From IMG/VR virus record IMGVR_UViG_3300028844_004840, positions 1 through 64,000 of that record: a DNA stretch of 64,000 bases, one strand, 5' to 3'. Position 1 is the first letter of the stretch. Each line of letters opens with the position of its first letter. The notes beneath the pieces are model-generated. The model did no database searches and was not told where the DNA came from. It saw nothing but the letters and a program-made list of their open reading frames with translations. Shown piece by piece: positions 27,330-35,811 of the stretch. The DNA comes from a virus. Lineage: Duplodnaviria > Caudoviricetes. The translations under genes and the position numbers were made by a program.

Positions 27330-27563
27330 ATGTTACGACCACACAAAGTACACGTCACAAGTCACCTACCTATTGAGCAACGGAGCCACGGACCTCTCGC
27401 AGATGAGGGGCAGTATGCTATTCATTTAAAAAATGGGTACGCCCATGGACTAGTATTTGGCACTGTAGCGACAATAGGGCAAGGGGAACGACGTATCGCG
27501 GAGGAGAAGGTAGTGCTTCTATCCGACGCAGAGATATTAGAAACGGCTGACGCCGATTTATAA
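27330..27563 (+). CDS. hypothetical protein
   Basis: GGAGG SD. Confidence 0.65.
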   Translation: MLRPHKVHVTSHLPIEQRSHGPLADEGQYAIHLKNGYAHGLVFGTVATIGQGERRIAEEKVVLLSDAEILETADADL

Positions 27564-27612
27564 AAAACACTTGCAATATACGAACAAGTCGTGTATTGCT
27601 AGTAAAAGATAC

Positions 27613-27684
27613 GGGGCTGCTGTATGGGACAGACTCGACATTTGCAATGTTGATGGCGGGGATCGTTACCCCGTAGCTCCACCA
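27613..27684 (+). tRNA. tRNA-Ala(TGC), shortened D arm
   Basis: G3.U70, loop TT-TGC-AA, CCA. Confidence 0.78.
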
Positions 27685-27894
27685 ATATATCGGCTCTGTA
27701 ATCAATCGCGGATAACCGATCCCAAACCTTGGTGTCAGCAAGGCCAATGGGTGATAGGTGGCAGCTTCCTACAAATGCCTGCTCCTGGCACGTGTACCGA
27801 TTGATTAAACGGGTGATACGAAAATTCATCTCCGGAACCGTAACCGGAAACAGTTTGACCATGGACACCAAACATGGTACGAGATAAGAATTGT

Positions 27895-27972
27895 TCGGGA
27901 GTAGCTCAGATGGTAGAGCCGTTGACTGTTAATCAATGCGTGTCGGGGGTTCGAGACCCTCCTCCCGAGCCA
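27895..27972 (+). tRNA. tRNA-Asn(GTT)
   Basis: Cloverleaf, G73, CCA. Confidence 0.92.
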
Positions 27973-28159
27973 AATAATTTAGGAGAGATAAAATGCAGAA
28001 ACCAATTTGTAAAGAAGGCTACGGCGTTATCTATCCAAAAGAAGGATGGGTAAACCCCGAGAACTAATCTGCTATAACGATATTTGTGCCTGCAAAGCAC
28101 ATCTGAAAGAGGGCAGAATGGCGGAGCCAATATTCTGCCCTCAAGTATTTTAAGGCAAT

Positions 28160-28234
28160 GCGTCGGTAGCTCAGTGGTAGAGCAGGGGACTTTTAATCTC
28201 AAGGTCGTGGGTTCAATCCCCACCCGACACACCA
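28160..28234 (+). tRNA. tRNA-Lys(TTT)
   Basis: Cloverleaf, CCA. Confidence 0.9.
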
Positions 28235-28252
28235 AAACGAAAGGACTACCAG

Positions 28253-28555
28253 ATGGCCTTCATACCTGTAATTGCTTTATGCACGGCACTGAATGGTGAA
28301 ACGGATGTAAATCGTTGCGTCTTTATAGATGATCAAACATATCCGTTTCAGACAGAGACTGCATGCGCAATCCGAGCGACAGACATTAAGGACAGTCTGT
28401 ACGTCCAACAAAGCGCAGCCTATGCGCTATACATCCAGTATGGCTACAGTGGTTCAATGAATTTCAGCCTGTGGTGTATTGATGAGCACAATTTACGCGA
28501 CTTCTATAACGAAAAGGGGGTTGTAGGATTGGAAGATATCCCACAAGACGCGTAA
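28253..28555 (+). CDS. hypothetical Cys-containing protein
   Basis: AAGGA SD. Confidence 0.7.
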   Translation: MAFIPVIALCTALNGETDVNRCVFIDDQTYPFQTETACAIRATDIKDSLYVQQSAAYALYIQYGYSGSMNFSLWCIDEHNLRDFYNEKGVVGLEDIPQDA

Positions 28556-28563
28556 CAAAATAA

Positions 28564-28638
28564 GGACGTGTATCTAATTAGGAAATAGACCCCGTTGTCT
28601 GCGGGAGAAAGCGGGTTCGAGTCCCGTTACGTTCGCCA
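28564..28638 (+). tRNA. tRNA-Asp(GTC)
   Basis: Loop TT-GTC-TG, G73, CCA. Confidence 0.82.
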
Positions 28639-28746
28639 ATATATGGTCTCCCCAGACCGCAAGGACGGGGCAACACGTTACTCTTTTGAAGAGAAAACAC
28701 CGACAAGTAAGCGTGCGGTGACGGCCATAAACGACGGGAGATAGTT

Positions 28747-29150
28747 ATGAAAGTACTTGTATGCGGCGGACGAGAATACGATAATTATGAGAATATATGC
28801 CGAACGCTCGATAAACTACACGAAGAACATCAATTCACAGTTGTGATACACGGCGACGCTGGAGCGTACAAGCAAGGCTACAGGGGGGTAGCCCTGTGGC
28901 GTACAAAGGCGCAGATGCGCTTGCCGGACGATGGGCAGAAGAACGGGGCATTCAGCAAGTAAAGATACCAGCCAATTGGTCGGGTAAGGATACTGCTGCA
29001 GGGATGCTACGAAACAAGTTCATGCTGGAATTCGCAGAACCACACCTGTGCGTCGGGTTTCCTGGCGGCGTGGGAACCAACGCGATGATGTACCTCGCGT
29101 TCAAATCAAAAGTACCCGTCATTGACACAGATGACGTAACGCATCCGTAG
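28747..29150 (+). pseudogene. SLOG/DUF2493-family gene split by a frameshift
   Basis: VLVCGGREY...VIHGDA in one frame; GADALA..WA...ANW...AAG..RN..ML...FPGG.GT in another; G6 run at the junction. Confidence 0.75.
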
Positions 29151-29217
29151 CTCAACTGGATAGAGCACTTGATTACGAATCAAGAGGTTGTGGGTTCGAA
29201 TCCTACCGGATGCACCA
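29141..29217 (+). tRNA. tRNA-Arg(ACG)
   Basis: Canonical cloverleaf, CCA. Confidence 0.95.
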
Positions 29218-29447
29218 ATAATGGAGACTGAACATGCTTTTTGTAACATGGATTGCCGCAAACACTGCCACAGTATGGGCGTGGGGCAAATGGACAGACA
29301 ATCGCAACGAAGATCCCGTCAGAGATTCATTTCTGGGCCTTGCTGCGATGATTGTCTTGAACCTAGTATTTTTAGGTATTTGGATTTTCTGACTTTTACG
29401 TGCTTGACATGCGCGTAGGGTAGAGGTAGGTTGAGTACATTGAATAC

Positions 29448-29523
29448 GGCGATGTAGCTCAACGGTTAGAGCAGGGGCCTCTAAAACCCTTGGTTGTGGG
29501 TTCAAATCCCACCAACGCCACCA
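29448..29523 (+). tRNA. amber suppressor tRNA(CTA)
   Basis: Standard register gives stem GGGGC/ACCCT and loop CT-CTA-AA; canonical D and T arms, CCA; upstream TTGACA promoter. Confidence 0.85.
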
Positions 29524-29532
29524 AGACAACAG

Positions 29533-29616
29533 AAGGAGACAAGCCATGAAGAGCTAGATCAGACCGCCACCCTGATCCTTAGATGAATTCACTTAATACG
29601 AAAGCAATCTAAGGAG
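29533..29616 (+). promoter_or_regulatory. leader mini-ORF with in-frame amber and RBS-sequestering hairpin
   Basis: AAGGAG-N7-ATG AAG AGC TAG ATC AGA CCG CCA CCC TGA (29546-29575); TCCTTAGAT (29576-84) pairs with ATCTAAGGA (29607-15). Confidence 0.75.
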
Positions 29617-29623
29617 ACATAAA

Positions 29624-29992
29624 ATGTCACATGAACTAAAGATCAAAGCAAAATCCCTCGCAGCCGAATCACAGATGATCCGTCAAGAGGAACTGAAACT
29701 CAAGCGCAGCGCACAGTGGAACCGAGAGCACCAGAACACCGTAGAAGCGGAAGAGTTCAACAGTATTCGACAGTCACTATACGAACATCGAACTTGGGAC
29801 GTACGCCGCGAATCACGCGCAACAAACATCGCCCGTGCATACATCACTGGTAAGCCGTATCACACAGTAGAACAAACCACACGCGCCAACGCGATGGAAA
29901 TGGGATACATGCAGGGTCGCGTACAGAAGTTGGTCAAGAAGTACGGTGAAGGAGCATCTGGCGAAGAAATCGCTGCATGGCTTGCAGAATGA
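29624..29992 (+). CDS. basic helical hypothetical protein downstream of the amber leader
   Basis: AAGGAG SD; ELKIKAKSLAAE...L.EHR..DVR.ESRAT.IA...G.PY. Confidence 0.85.
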   Translation: MSHELKIKAKSLAAESQMIRQEELKLKRSAQWNREHQNTVEAEEFNSIRQSLYEHRTWDVRRESRATNIARAYITGKPYHTVEQTTRANAMEMGYMQGRVQKLVKKYGEGASGEEIAAWLAE

Positions 29993-30240
29993 ATTGGATC
30001 GCGGTCACAGACCGCTTTCCACCCCACGGTGAAGTGGTTCTGGCTTGGTCCTCATGGGACGAGGCCACCGCCATCTACATGGACGGAACATGGTATCGTG
30101 CCGAAGAAGGTATGGTGATGCGTCGCGAAGTTTACAAACGATGCAGAATGGGATGTTGCGGCGAGTGGGAGAACGAAGACGTGGAAGTATGGCAAACACC
30201 GACACACTGGTGTGAAATTGTACCTCCGGACATAGAATAA
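29989..30240 (+). CDS. DUF551-like protein
   Basis: MNWIAVTDRFP...PTHW..I..P. Confidence 0.75.
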   Translation: MNWIAVTDRFPPHGEVVLAWSSWDEATAIYMDGTWYRAEEGMVMRREVYKRCRMGCCGEWENEDVEVWQTPTHWCEIVPPDIE

Positions 30241-30244
30241 GATT

Positions 30245-30319
30245 GCGGGTGTAGCTCAGTGGTAGAGCTTCTGATTTCCAATCAGAATGTCGTGAGTTCG
30301 AATCTCATCACCCGCTCCA
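30245..30319 (+). tRNA. tRNA-Gly(TCC)
   Basis: Canonical, U73, CCA. Confidence 0.94.
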
Positions 30320-30524
30320 AAAAGTAGCACGGGGAATCCTCTGACACGAAGATTGGTTTAACCAACTGGATCTGATGACTGTCATGAACCCGTGGGCTTG
30401 CGCAGTATGGTGTGGTGCCGAACTACGTCCTAGGAAGCCGCTGGTTATCTAATAGGTGCCAGTATAGGGAGACACGCTGATGAGGCATTTGGCACAGCTA
30501 CGGCGCTGCCGTAGTCTCCCGTAT

Positions 30525-30598
30525 GCGGGTGTAGCATAAAGGTAATGCACTTGGTTGCCAATCAAGATAAGAGGGATCGTTACCCTTCACCCGCTCCA
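30525..30598 (+). tRNA. tRNA-Gly(GCC)
   Basis: Cloverleaf, U73, variant T-loop. Confidence 0.88.
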
Positions 30599-30606
30599 TT
30601 AATTCT

Positions 30607-30681
30607 TGTCCCGTAGCTCAGTGGTAGAGCATCCGCCCGATAAGCGGGGTGTCGCTGGTTCGATCCCAGTCGGGACAACCA
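30607..30681 (+). tRNA. tRNA-Ile(GAT)
   Basis: Loop CC-GAT-AA, CCA. Confidence 0.9.
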
Positions 30682-30753
30682 AATATATTCCTTGACATTA
30701 TAGAAATAAAAATGCATCACTCCAGCATCTTAAATCAAATGGAGGAATATACC

Positions 30754-31323
30754 ATGTCAGCAATCAAAGACGCAGTTACCACAGTGAAAGAGAAAGAAGC
30801 CGAGCTTCTGAAAATTCTCAGCGAGGCGGTCAGTCCGGTACTCGATGCCATCGCCGCTACAGGCGAAGCCGATATGATTTACATCTATGGCTACACGCCC
30901 GGTTTCAACGACGGAGATCCGTGTGAACACGGGGCAACTGTTCTGGTGAATCTCGAAGAAGTGTTCTACGAAGAAAAAACCGAAGAATACTTCCTAAAAA
31001 ACGAATTCGGTATGGAATCGGAAGAAATTGCAGAACTTCTTGAAGGACTGGACAACATTCCGTACGTTTCCCGATATTCTGACGGTGTTACCGACGAAGA
31101 CATCGCCGAGCATGCCGCAAAGAAGAAAGTGTTTCACGACGCCCTTTCAAAAGAAATCGGAATTCGTTGGGACAAACCTACCGACGCGGACATCACAACA
31201 GCCATCGAAACGATTGTAGTTCCAGCACTCGACCGAGAATTCGGCACCAACTATCAAGTACTGTATCGCCTGAAAGATGGCAAGTTCGTGCGTACCCACA
31301 GCGAATACGAGTGCGGCTGGTAA
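30754..31323 (+). CDS. hypothetical acidic phage protein
   Basis: GGAGG SD; YTPGFNDGDPC motif. Confidence 0.8.
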   Translation: MSAIKDAVTTVKEKEAELLKILSEAVSPVLDAIAATGEADMIYIYGYTPGFNDGDPCEHGATVLVNLEEVFYEEKTEEYFLKNEFGMESEEIAELLEGLDNIPYVSRYSDGVTDEDIAEHAAKKKVFHDALSKEIGIRWDKPTDADITTAIETIVVPALDREFGTNYQVLYRLKDGKFVRTHSEYECGW

Positions 31324-31913
31324 TGCCAGTCCTCGCATTCAACTCGGAGGCTCCCGCTTACGCGGGGGTCATCCTACCAGAGCATATTCACTTCCATAAG
31401 GAAGACTGGAAGTATGCGGACATAGAATACTTGTTCCCGCGCTTACCAAGCACACTACAACATGTCGTGGAGCAAGCACCTTTGAAAGGCGGGTACAAAC
31501 GGACGCTACTAGATATCAAAGTGCAGCTATTGGTGCCTGAGAAAACCTCATGCATTCCTGGTTGGCATCTCGATGGGCCAGAAAATCCATTACACGATTC
31601 TCAACCGGAGGTGCATCACCTATTCGTTCGAGGTGGGGGACCCACAGAATTTATCGACCAAGAACTTACGCTACAAGTCCAGCCGGACATGAACCAGCGT
31701 GAGCTGGTTGCACAAATACCAGACGAGGTTTCGATCAAACCGATAGGTCTAAACGCTTTTCACAGTTTCACGCGTTTCGATTTTCATAGAGGCGTAAATG
31801 TAGCAAAGCCATTGACACGACTTTTGATCCGTGTTACTGAAACAGATACAATATTAGCCCGTAACAAGCCTTTCACACAGGCAGTAGGAGGACGCAATGG
31901 AGTTAAATTTTAA
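31323..31913 (+). CDS. 2OG-Fe(II) oxygenase-like protein
   Basis: IPGWHLDG (HxD)...TEF...FHRG...RLLIRV; TAATG coupling. Confidence 0.65.
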   Translation: MPVLAFNSEAPAYAGVILPEHIHFHKEDWKYADIEYLFPRLPSTLQHVVEQAPLKGGYKRTLLDIKVQLLVPEKTSCIPGWHLDGPENPLHDSQPEVHHLFVRGGGPTEFIDQELTLQVQPDMNQRELVAQIPDEVSIKPIGLNAFHSFTRFDFHRGVNVAKPLTRLLIRVTETDTILARNKPFTQAVGGRNGVKF

Positions 31914-32091
31914 AGATGATGCGGAGTTTGTAAGTTCTGGCGAAACACACTATGACTTGTTCGACAGTGGCTACATCAGTCCTAGCAAACTCCTCGAACC
32001 AGAAGACGCCGAACGCGTCAACAGCGCAGTGGCGTTGATACATCAATTTCTAGAAGAAGCCAGAGACAATGGCTTGTTGGAGGTATTCTGA
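31897..32091 (+). CDS. hypothetical protein
   Basis: GGAGG SD; YDLFDSGYI.P..LL. Confidence 0.7.
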   Translation: MELNFKDDAEFVSSGETHYDLFDSGYISPSKLLEPEDAERVNSAVALIHQFLEEARDNGLLEVF

Positions 32092-32423
32092 TGCATTTCT
32101 GTGATAATTGGGTTATTATAAAAATCAACGGAGACGATCCACACTATCGCGTTTTGACTGGAACATCTGGGGGGTTCGGGACGGGAGATAGCTGGCGCAT
32201 GAACAGTGGAATTACCGCTGTTCGAGAAGATGCTGACTATTTTTACTTCGCTGGATCATCCGGATCCGAGTATGAGTGCCACAAAGATTCTTATTGCCTA
32301 CGAATGAACAACGCCCATATCTGGACACAGATGCAGAAAAAGAACAAAGAGAAGGGTGAAGAAATTTACGAAATGATGCCCGAAGACGTCGACTGGACAG
32401 CAGTAGACTGGTTAATAACATGA
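32091..32423 (+). CDS. conserved-type phage hypothetical protein
   Basis: GGF..GDSWRMNSGI...F.GSSGS.Y.C.K. Confidence 0.8.
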   Translation: MHFCDNWVIIKINGDDPHYRVLTGTSGGFGTGDSWRMNSGITAVREDADYFYFAGSSGSEYECHKDSYCLRMNNAHIWTQMQKKNKEKGEEIYEMMPEDVDWTAVDWLIT

Positions 32424-32487
32424 AACACGGTTTATAAAAAATCCAGTTATACCGAGATTGGTTAATTACAAGAAGGATCATCCAAAT

Positions 32488-32789
32488 ATGCCGATGTTTA
32501 GAAAAACCCGTTGAAATTGAGGCCGTTCAGCTGACGGCAGACACGGTGCGCGAAGCCTACTAATTTATGCACGGTAGACAGGATATATCAGGACTGACCG
32601 CTGAATATTGGTATTACTACTGCGTTTCCGTTTGCGATACGGGAATGAATGTCACGACCCTAGAAGATGGCCCAGACGCGCGCCAAGCATGTGGCTTCAA
32701 TTGGAGATTGGATCATTAAAGGGATCAAGGGAGAGTTCTACCCTTGTAAGCCTGATATTTTCGAAGCCACGTACGAACCCTGTAAATAA
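32488..32789 (+). pseudogene. decayed PGDYG-like gene
   Basis: FRK/PVEIEAVQ...TLEDG.../[25 protein letters not shown] with two frameshifts and one TAA. Confidence 0.8.
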
Positions 32790-32808
32790 AAACGTTTAAC
32801 ACTATCAT

Positions 32809-32887
32809 GCCCTCACGATGTAATAGGAATAGCATACCGGACTTAAAATCGGGGTTTTGTGGGTTCGAGTCCCACTGGGGGGTACCA
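32809..32887 (+). tRNA. tRNA-Leu(TAA), short variable loop
   Basis: Loop CT-TAA-AA, A73, CCA. Confidence 0.82.
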
Positions 32888-32950
32888 AACACTTGACATG
32901 TACATATTATGCAATTAGTGATGTATACAGAATTTAAAAGGAGAACCAGC

Positions 32951-33172
32951 ATGGTAAAACGCGCCGTTCAGTATATTCGGAATAAGTTAACAACTATCGG
33001 GGAACACATCCGCCGAAACAAAGCTGAATTGATTCGTGGATCAGTTCTTGATCCAATTAATCACCCATCGTATTCTACAGACAAAATGCTGCAAGTCTAC
33101 CGCGCGGCTAATCACCGAGACCGTACAATAAAGACTGCAAACGGTAGATACGAAAACGCGGTAAACATTTAG
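32951..33172 (+). CDS. hypothetical basic protein
   Basis: TTGACA promoter; AAGGAG SD. Confidence 0.65.
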   Translation: MVKRAVQYIRNKLTTIGEHIRRNKAELIRGSVLDPINHPSYSTDKMLQVYRAANHRDRTIKTANGRYENAVNI

Positions 33173-33175
33173 TAC

Positions 33176-33270
33176 GGACGGCCATCTGGACAGGCGAACC
33201 AGTCCCGTTTCGAAAGCGGTGAGTACTTGTTAATAGCAAGTATGGGGATCGAGACCTCGGCCTTCCGCCA
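33176..33270 (+). tRNA. tRNA-Ser(CGA)
   Basis: Long variable arm, G73, CCA. Confidence 0.82.
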
Positions 33271-33278
33271 AAAATAAC

Positions 33279-33363
33279 GCTTCGGTAGCTTAACGGTAAA
33301 GCTCCTCGCTCATAACGGGTGTTCGAAAGAACTATGTAGGTTCGAATCCTACCCGAAGCACCA
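33279..33363 (+). tRNA. tRNA(CAT) Met/Ile2 with long variable arm
   Basis: Loop CT-CAT-AA; extra arm GTTC-GAAA-GAAC. Confidence 0.82.
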
Positions 33364-33364
33364 C

Positions 33365-33459
33365 GGATAATCAACTGGACAGGCGCGCCAGACCCGCTTT
33401 GAAAGCGGTGTGCACGGGTTAACAGCTCGTGCGGGGATCGAGACCTCGATTATCTACCA
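33365..33459 (+). tRNA. tRNA-Ser(TGA)
   Basis: Long variable arm, CCA. Confidence 0.8.
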
Positions 33460-33507
33460 ATTAGCCCTTGCACAATCACGCGTGATGTGCTTAAATGGGC
33501 ACAACAT

Positions 33508-33582
33508 TGCGGAGTAGCCAAGTGGTAAGGCGTCGGGTTTTGATCTCGATATGCGTAGGTTCGAATCCTACCTCCGCAGCCA
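33508..33582 (+). tRNA. tRNA-Gln(TTG)
   Basis: U1-A72, G73, canonical. Confidence 0.93.
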
Positions 33583-33616
33583 GAACACCGATATTTTGGT
33601 AAACTAAGGTCACTGC

Positions 33617-33693
33617 AGGGGTGAAGCTCAATAGGAAGTAGCGTCGGATTCCAAACCCGAAGGCTGTCGGTTCGACTCCGACTACCCTTGCCA
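33617..33693 (+). tRNA. tRNA-Trp(CCA)
   Basis: Loop TT-CCA-AA, G73. Confidence 0.88.
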
Positions 33694-33711
33694 AATTTAA
33701 GGAGACACGAC

Positions 33712-34035
33712 ATGTCGACCAAGAAAGACAATAAACGCCACGTCGTTCGTCGCGTCCGCCGCGCCTTGAACCTTGCTGAAACACCTATTATGTCTGTGGG
33801 AAATATTCTTATCCGTAGTGGGCATGGAAAAGGCGCAGGACTAAAACAGGTCGACGCTCGTGATAGAATCGACATTTACGATTATAGAAATTTGTTTTAT
33901 TTCGAAGATCTCACTTGTGATGAATGCGATTGCTACAACTGCATGCACGTAGTGGATGCTACAGCGGGCAATGGGTGGTCTTTTGAATCAGAAAATGACA
34001 ACAACCCTAAATTAGGTGAATTAATCGCCGTGTAA
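33712..34035 (+). CDS. hypothetical protein with Cys cluster
   Basis: AAGGAG SD; CDECDCYNC. Confidence 0.65.
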   Translation: MSTKKDNKRHVVRRVRRALNLAETPIMSVGNILIRSGHGKGAGLKQVDARDRIDIYDYRNLFYFEDLTCDECDCYNCMHVVDATAGNGWSFESENDNNPKLGELIAV

Positions 34036-34055
34036 CAGATTAACGCGCATCAAGT

Positions 34056-34151
34056 GGATGGTGAAGCAGACAGGCGTGCTGCACCTGCTTGGAAAGCAGT
34101 GTGTGCCTCGACAAACCGAGGTACGGGGATCAAGACCTCCGCCATCCGCCA
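34056..34151 (+). tRNA. tRNA-Ser(GGA)
   Basis: Long variable arm, G73, CCA. Confidence 0.85.
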
Positions 34152-34267
34152 CGTATATCGAATAACAGTAAGCATCAAATTTAAACTTAGATGAATCTAT
34201 TTTACATGTTTACATTACAGCCTCATCTCGTTATGAGTACTTTGTAACCCAAAAAAGGAGTGTGAAT

Positions 34268-34645
34268 ATGGCACCAATTTTATACATCTTAATGCGTACA
34301 GACCTTGCCTCCATGAATTCGGGCAAAGGGATGGCACAAGCCTGCCACGCCGCAAATCAGTTTGCGCACAAATACGCTGGGACGGATTTCCTAGAACAGT
34401 GGGAAGCCGAAACAGGAATGGGATTTGGAACTACAATTGTATTAGCCGTTGAAGATTGGTACGCACTAGCTTATTATACTTCTTATGCGGAAGATGTGGG
34501 TATACCAAGCGGGGTCACTCACGATCCGTCTTACCCGATTCGAGATGGAAAGGTAACGCACACAGTATCTTTAAGTACGTGTGGGTATATTTTCAGCGAA
34601 GACGGTCCTCTGGATATTCTGAGCAAACTAAATCTACACCCGTAA
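34268..34645 (+). CDS. peptidyl-tRNA hydrolase, PTH2-like
   Basis: YILMRTDL.SM..GK.MAQACHA...W...TIVL. Confidence 0.8.
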   Translation: MAPILYILMRTDLASMNSGKGMAQACHAANQFAHKYAGTDFLEQWEAETGMGFGTTIVLAVEDWYALAYYTSYAEDVGIPSGVTHDPSYPIRDGKVTHTVSLSTCGYIFSEDGPLDILSKLNLHP

Positions 34646-34681
34646 TCACACCAAAAATGGTTAAAAATAAGGAAATACACC

Positions 34682-35194
34682 ATGTTTAGCGATGAAAAAT
34701 TGCAAGAGGTGATAACGTACTTAGCTCTGTGCGATGAAAAAACCAACGTATTTATTGGGTGTGACAGTAAACGCAGCCACGACAAGCAGGGTAACTGGAC
34801 GGCAGCTTACACAAGCGTGGTCGTTATTCACCTGAAAAACGATAGCGGACGGGGATGTGGTGGCGTCGTCTTTTCTGATACCACGCATATGCCTGATTAT
34901 GATCAGAAATTCAACAGACCGTTCATGCGTATGATGAATGAAGCATATAAAGCGACCGAATTGTACCAACAGCTTGAGGATGTGCTGATAAACTTTGACG
35001 TAGAATTACATCTGGACATAAACAAAGACGCGCGACACGGATCTAACGTCGCCCATAACGCTGCTGTTGGGTACGCCACAGGAATAACGGGGCGTCCAGT
35101 GAAGACAAAACCCGACGCGTGGGCTGCAACTCATGTTGCCGACCACGGTGTACACGGTGGCTTCGATGCCAAAGTTACGCGCACGGTGCATTGA
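34682..35194 (+). CDS. RNase H-like YkuK (DUF458) protein
   Basis: IGCDS...RMMNEA...HLDIN...GSN...KPDAWAATHVAD. Confidence 0.85.
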   Translation: MFSDEKLQEVITYLALCDEKTNVFIGCDSKRSHDKQGNWTAAYTSVVVIHLKNDSGRGCGGVVFSDTTHMPDYDQKFNRPFMRMMNEAYKATELYQQLEDVLINFDVELHLDINKDARHGSNVAHNAAVGYATGITGRPVKTKPDAWAATHVADHGVHGGFDAKVTRTVH

Positions 35195-35239
35195 ACCACT
35201 GGTGGTTACATTTTAGAATGTAACCATCTACACTTACAC

Positions 35240-35334
35240 GGATGGTGAACCGGACAGGTGCGCCGGAACCGATTGCTAATCGAGTTGTGCCCGTTAATAG
35301 CGGGCATGGGGATCAAGACCTCCGCCATCCGCCA
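35240..35334 (+). tRNA. tRNA-Ser(GCT)
   Basis: Long variable arm, G73, CCA. Confidence 0.83.
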
Positions 35335-35471
35335 TGTAGTCTATTTCTTATCGCTGTACACGTGGATGGAATGCACAGACCGCATGGCGGGTATTCCTGC
35401 ATAAGGCATTGTACAGACGTAGTGATCGTGTAAAATATCTCCTGTAGAAACAGCACATGGAGATATTTAAT

Positions 35472-35609
35472 ATGTTTAAACGATTCACAAAATCTTTAGT
35501 AGTGGCGCGCACTGTGTCAGCACTATCGTATCTTTCCGACAAACAATTGGATGATATTGGAATAACTCGCGCCGATATCCGTAAACACGCGGAGAAAATC
35601 AATGCTTAA
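35472..35609 (+). CDS. DUF1127 (YjiS-like) small protein (not in ORF track)
   Basis: LSYLSDKQLDDIGITRADI; GGAG SD. Confidence 0.85.
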   Translation: MFKRFTKSLVVARTVSALSYLSDKQLDDIGITRADIRKHAEKINA

Positions 35610-35733
35610 AGCTTTCGCACGCTGGCGCACAGAAACAACAGTACAACGAGAGCTTTCTGCACTGACAGATCGTGAGTTGGCCGATATAGGTATTTCTCGT
35701 GGAGAAATAATCTATATTTCAAAAATGAAATAG
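35602..35733 (+). CDS. second DUF1127 small protein (not in ORF track)
   Basis: RELSALTDRELADIGISRGEI; GGAG SD. Confidence 0.85.
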   Translation: MLKAFARWRTETTVQRELSALTDRELADIGISRGEIIYISKMK

Positions 35734-35735
35734 AC

Positions 35736-35806
35736 ACCCTCACCGCTGGGACGGGCATGGTTTTCTAGGCCGGAGATGGTGAGTTCGATTCTCACTGGGG
35801 GTTCCA
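35736..35806 (+). tRNA. tRNA-Arg(TCT), degenerate D arm
   Basis: Loop TT-TCT-AG, good T arm and acceptor, CCA. Confidence 0.65.
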
Positions 35807-35811
35807 AAAAC

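Noticed and set aside
29448-29523. Reading this tRNA as Arg(TCT)
   Set aside because: That register breaks the anticodon stem and removes U33; a separate TCT tRNA lies at 35736.
30365-30500. Hammerhead ribozyme suggested by two CTGATGA motifs
   Set aside because: No correctly placed GAAA and stems found by eye; kept only as an unassigned structured RNA.
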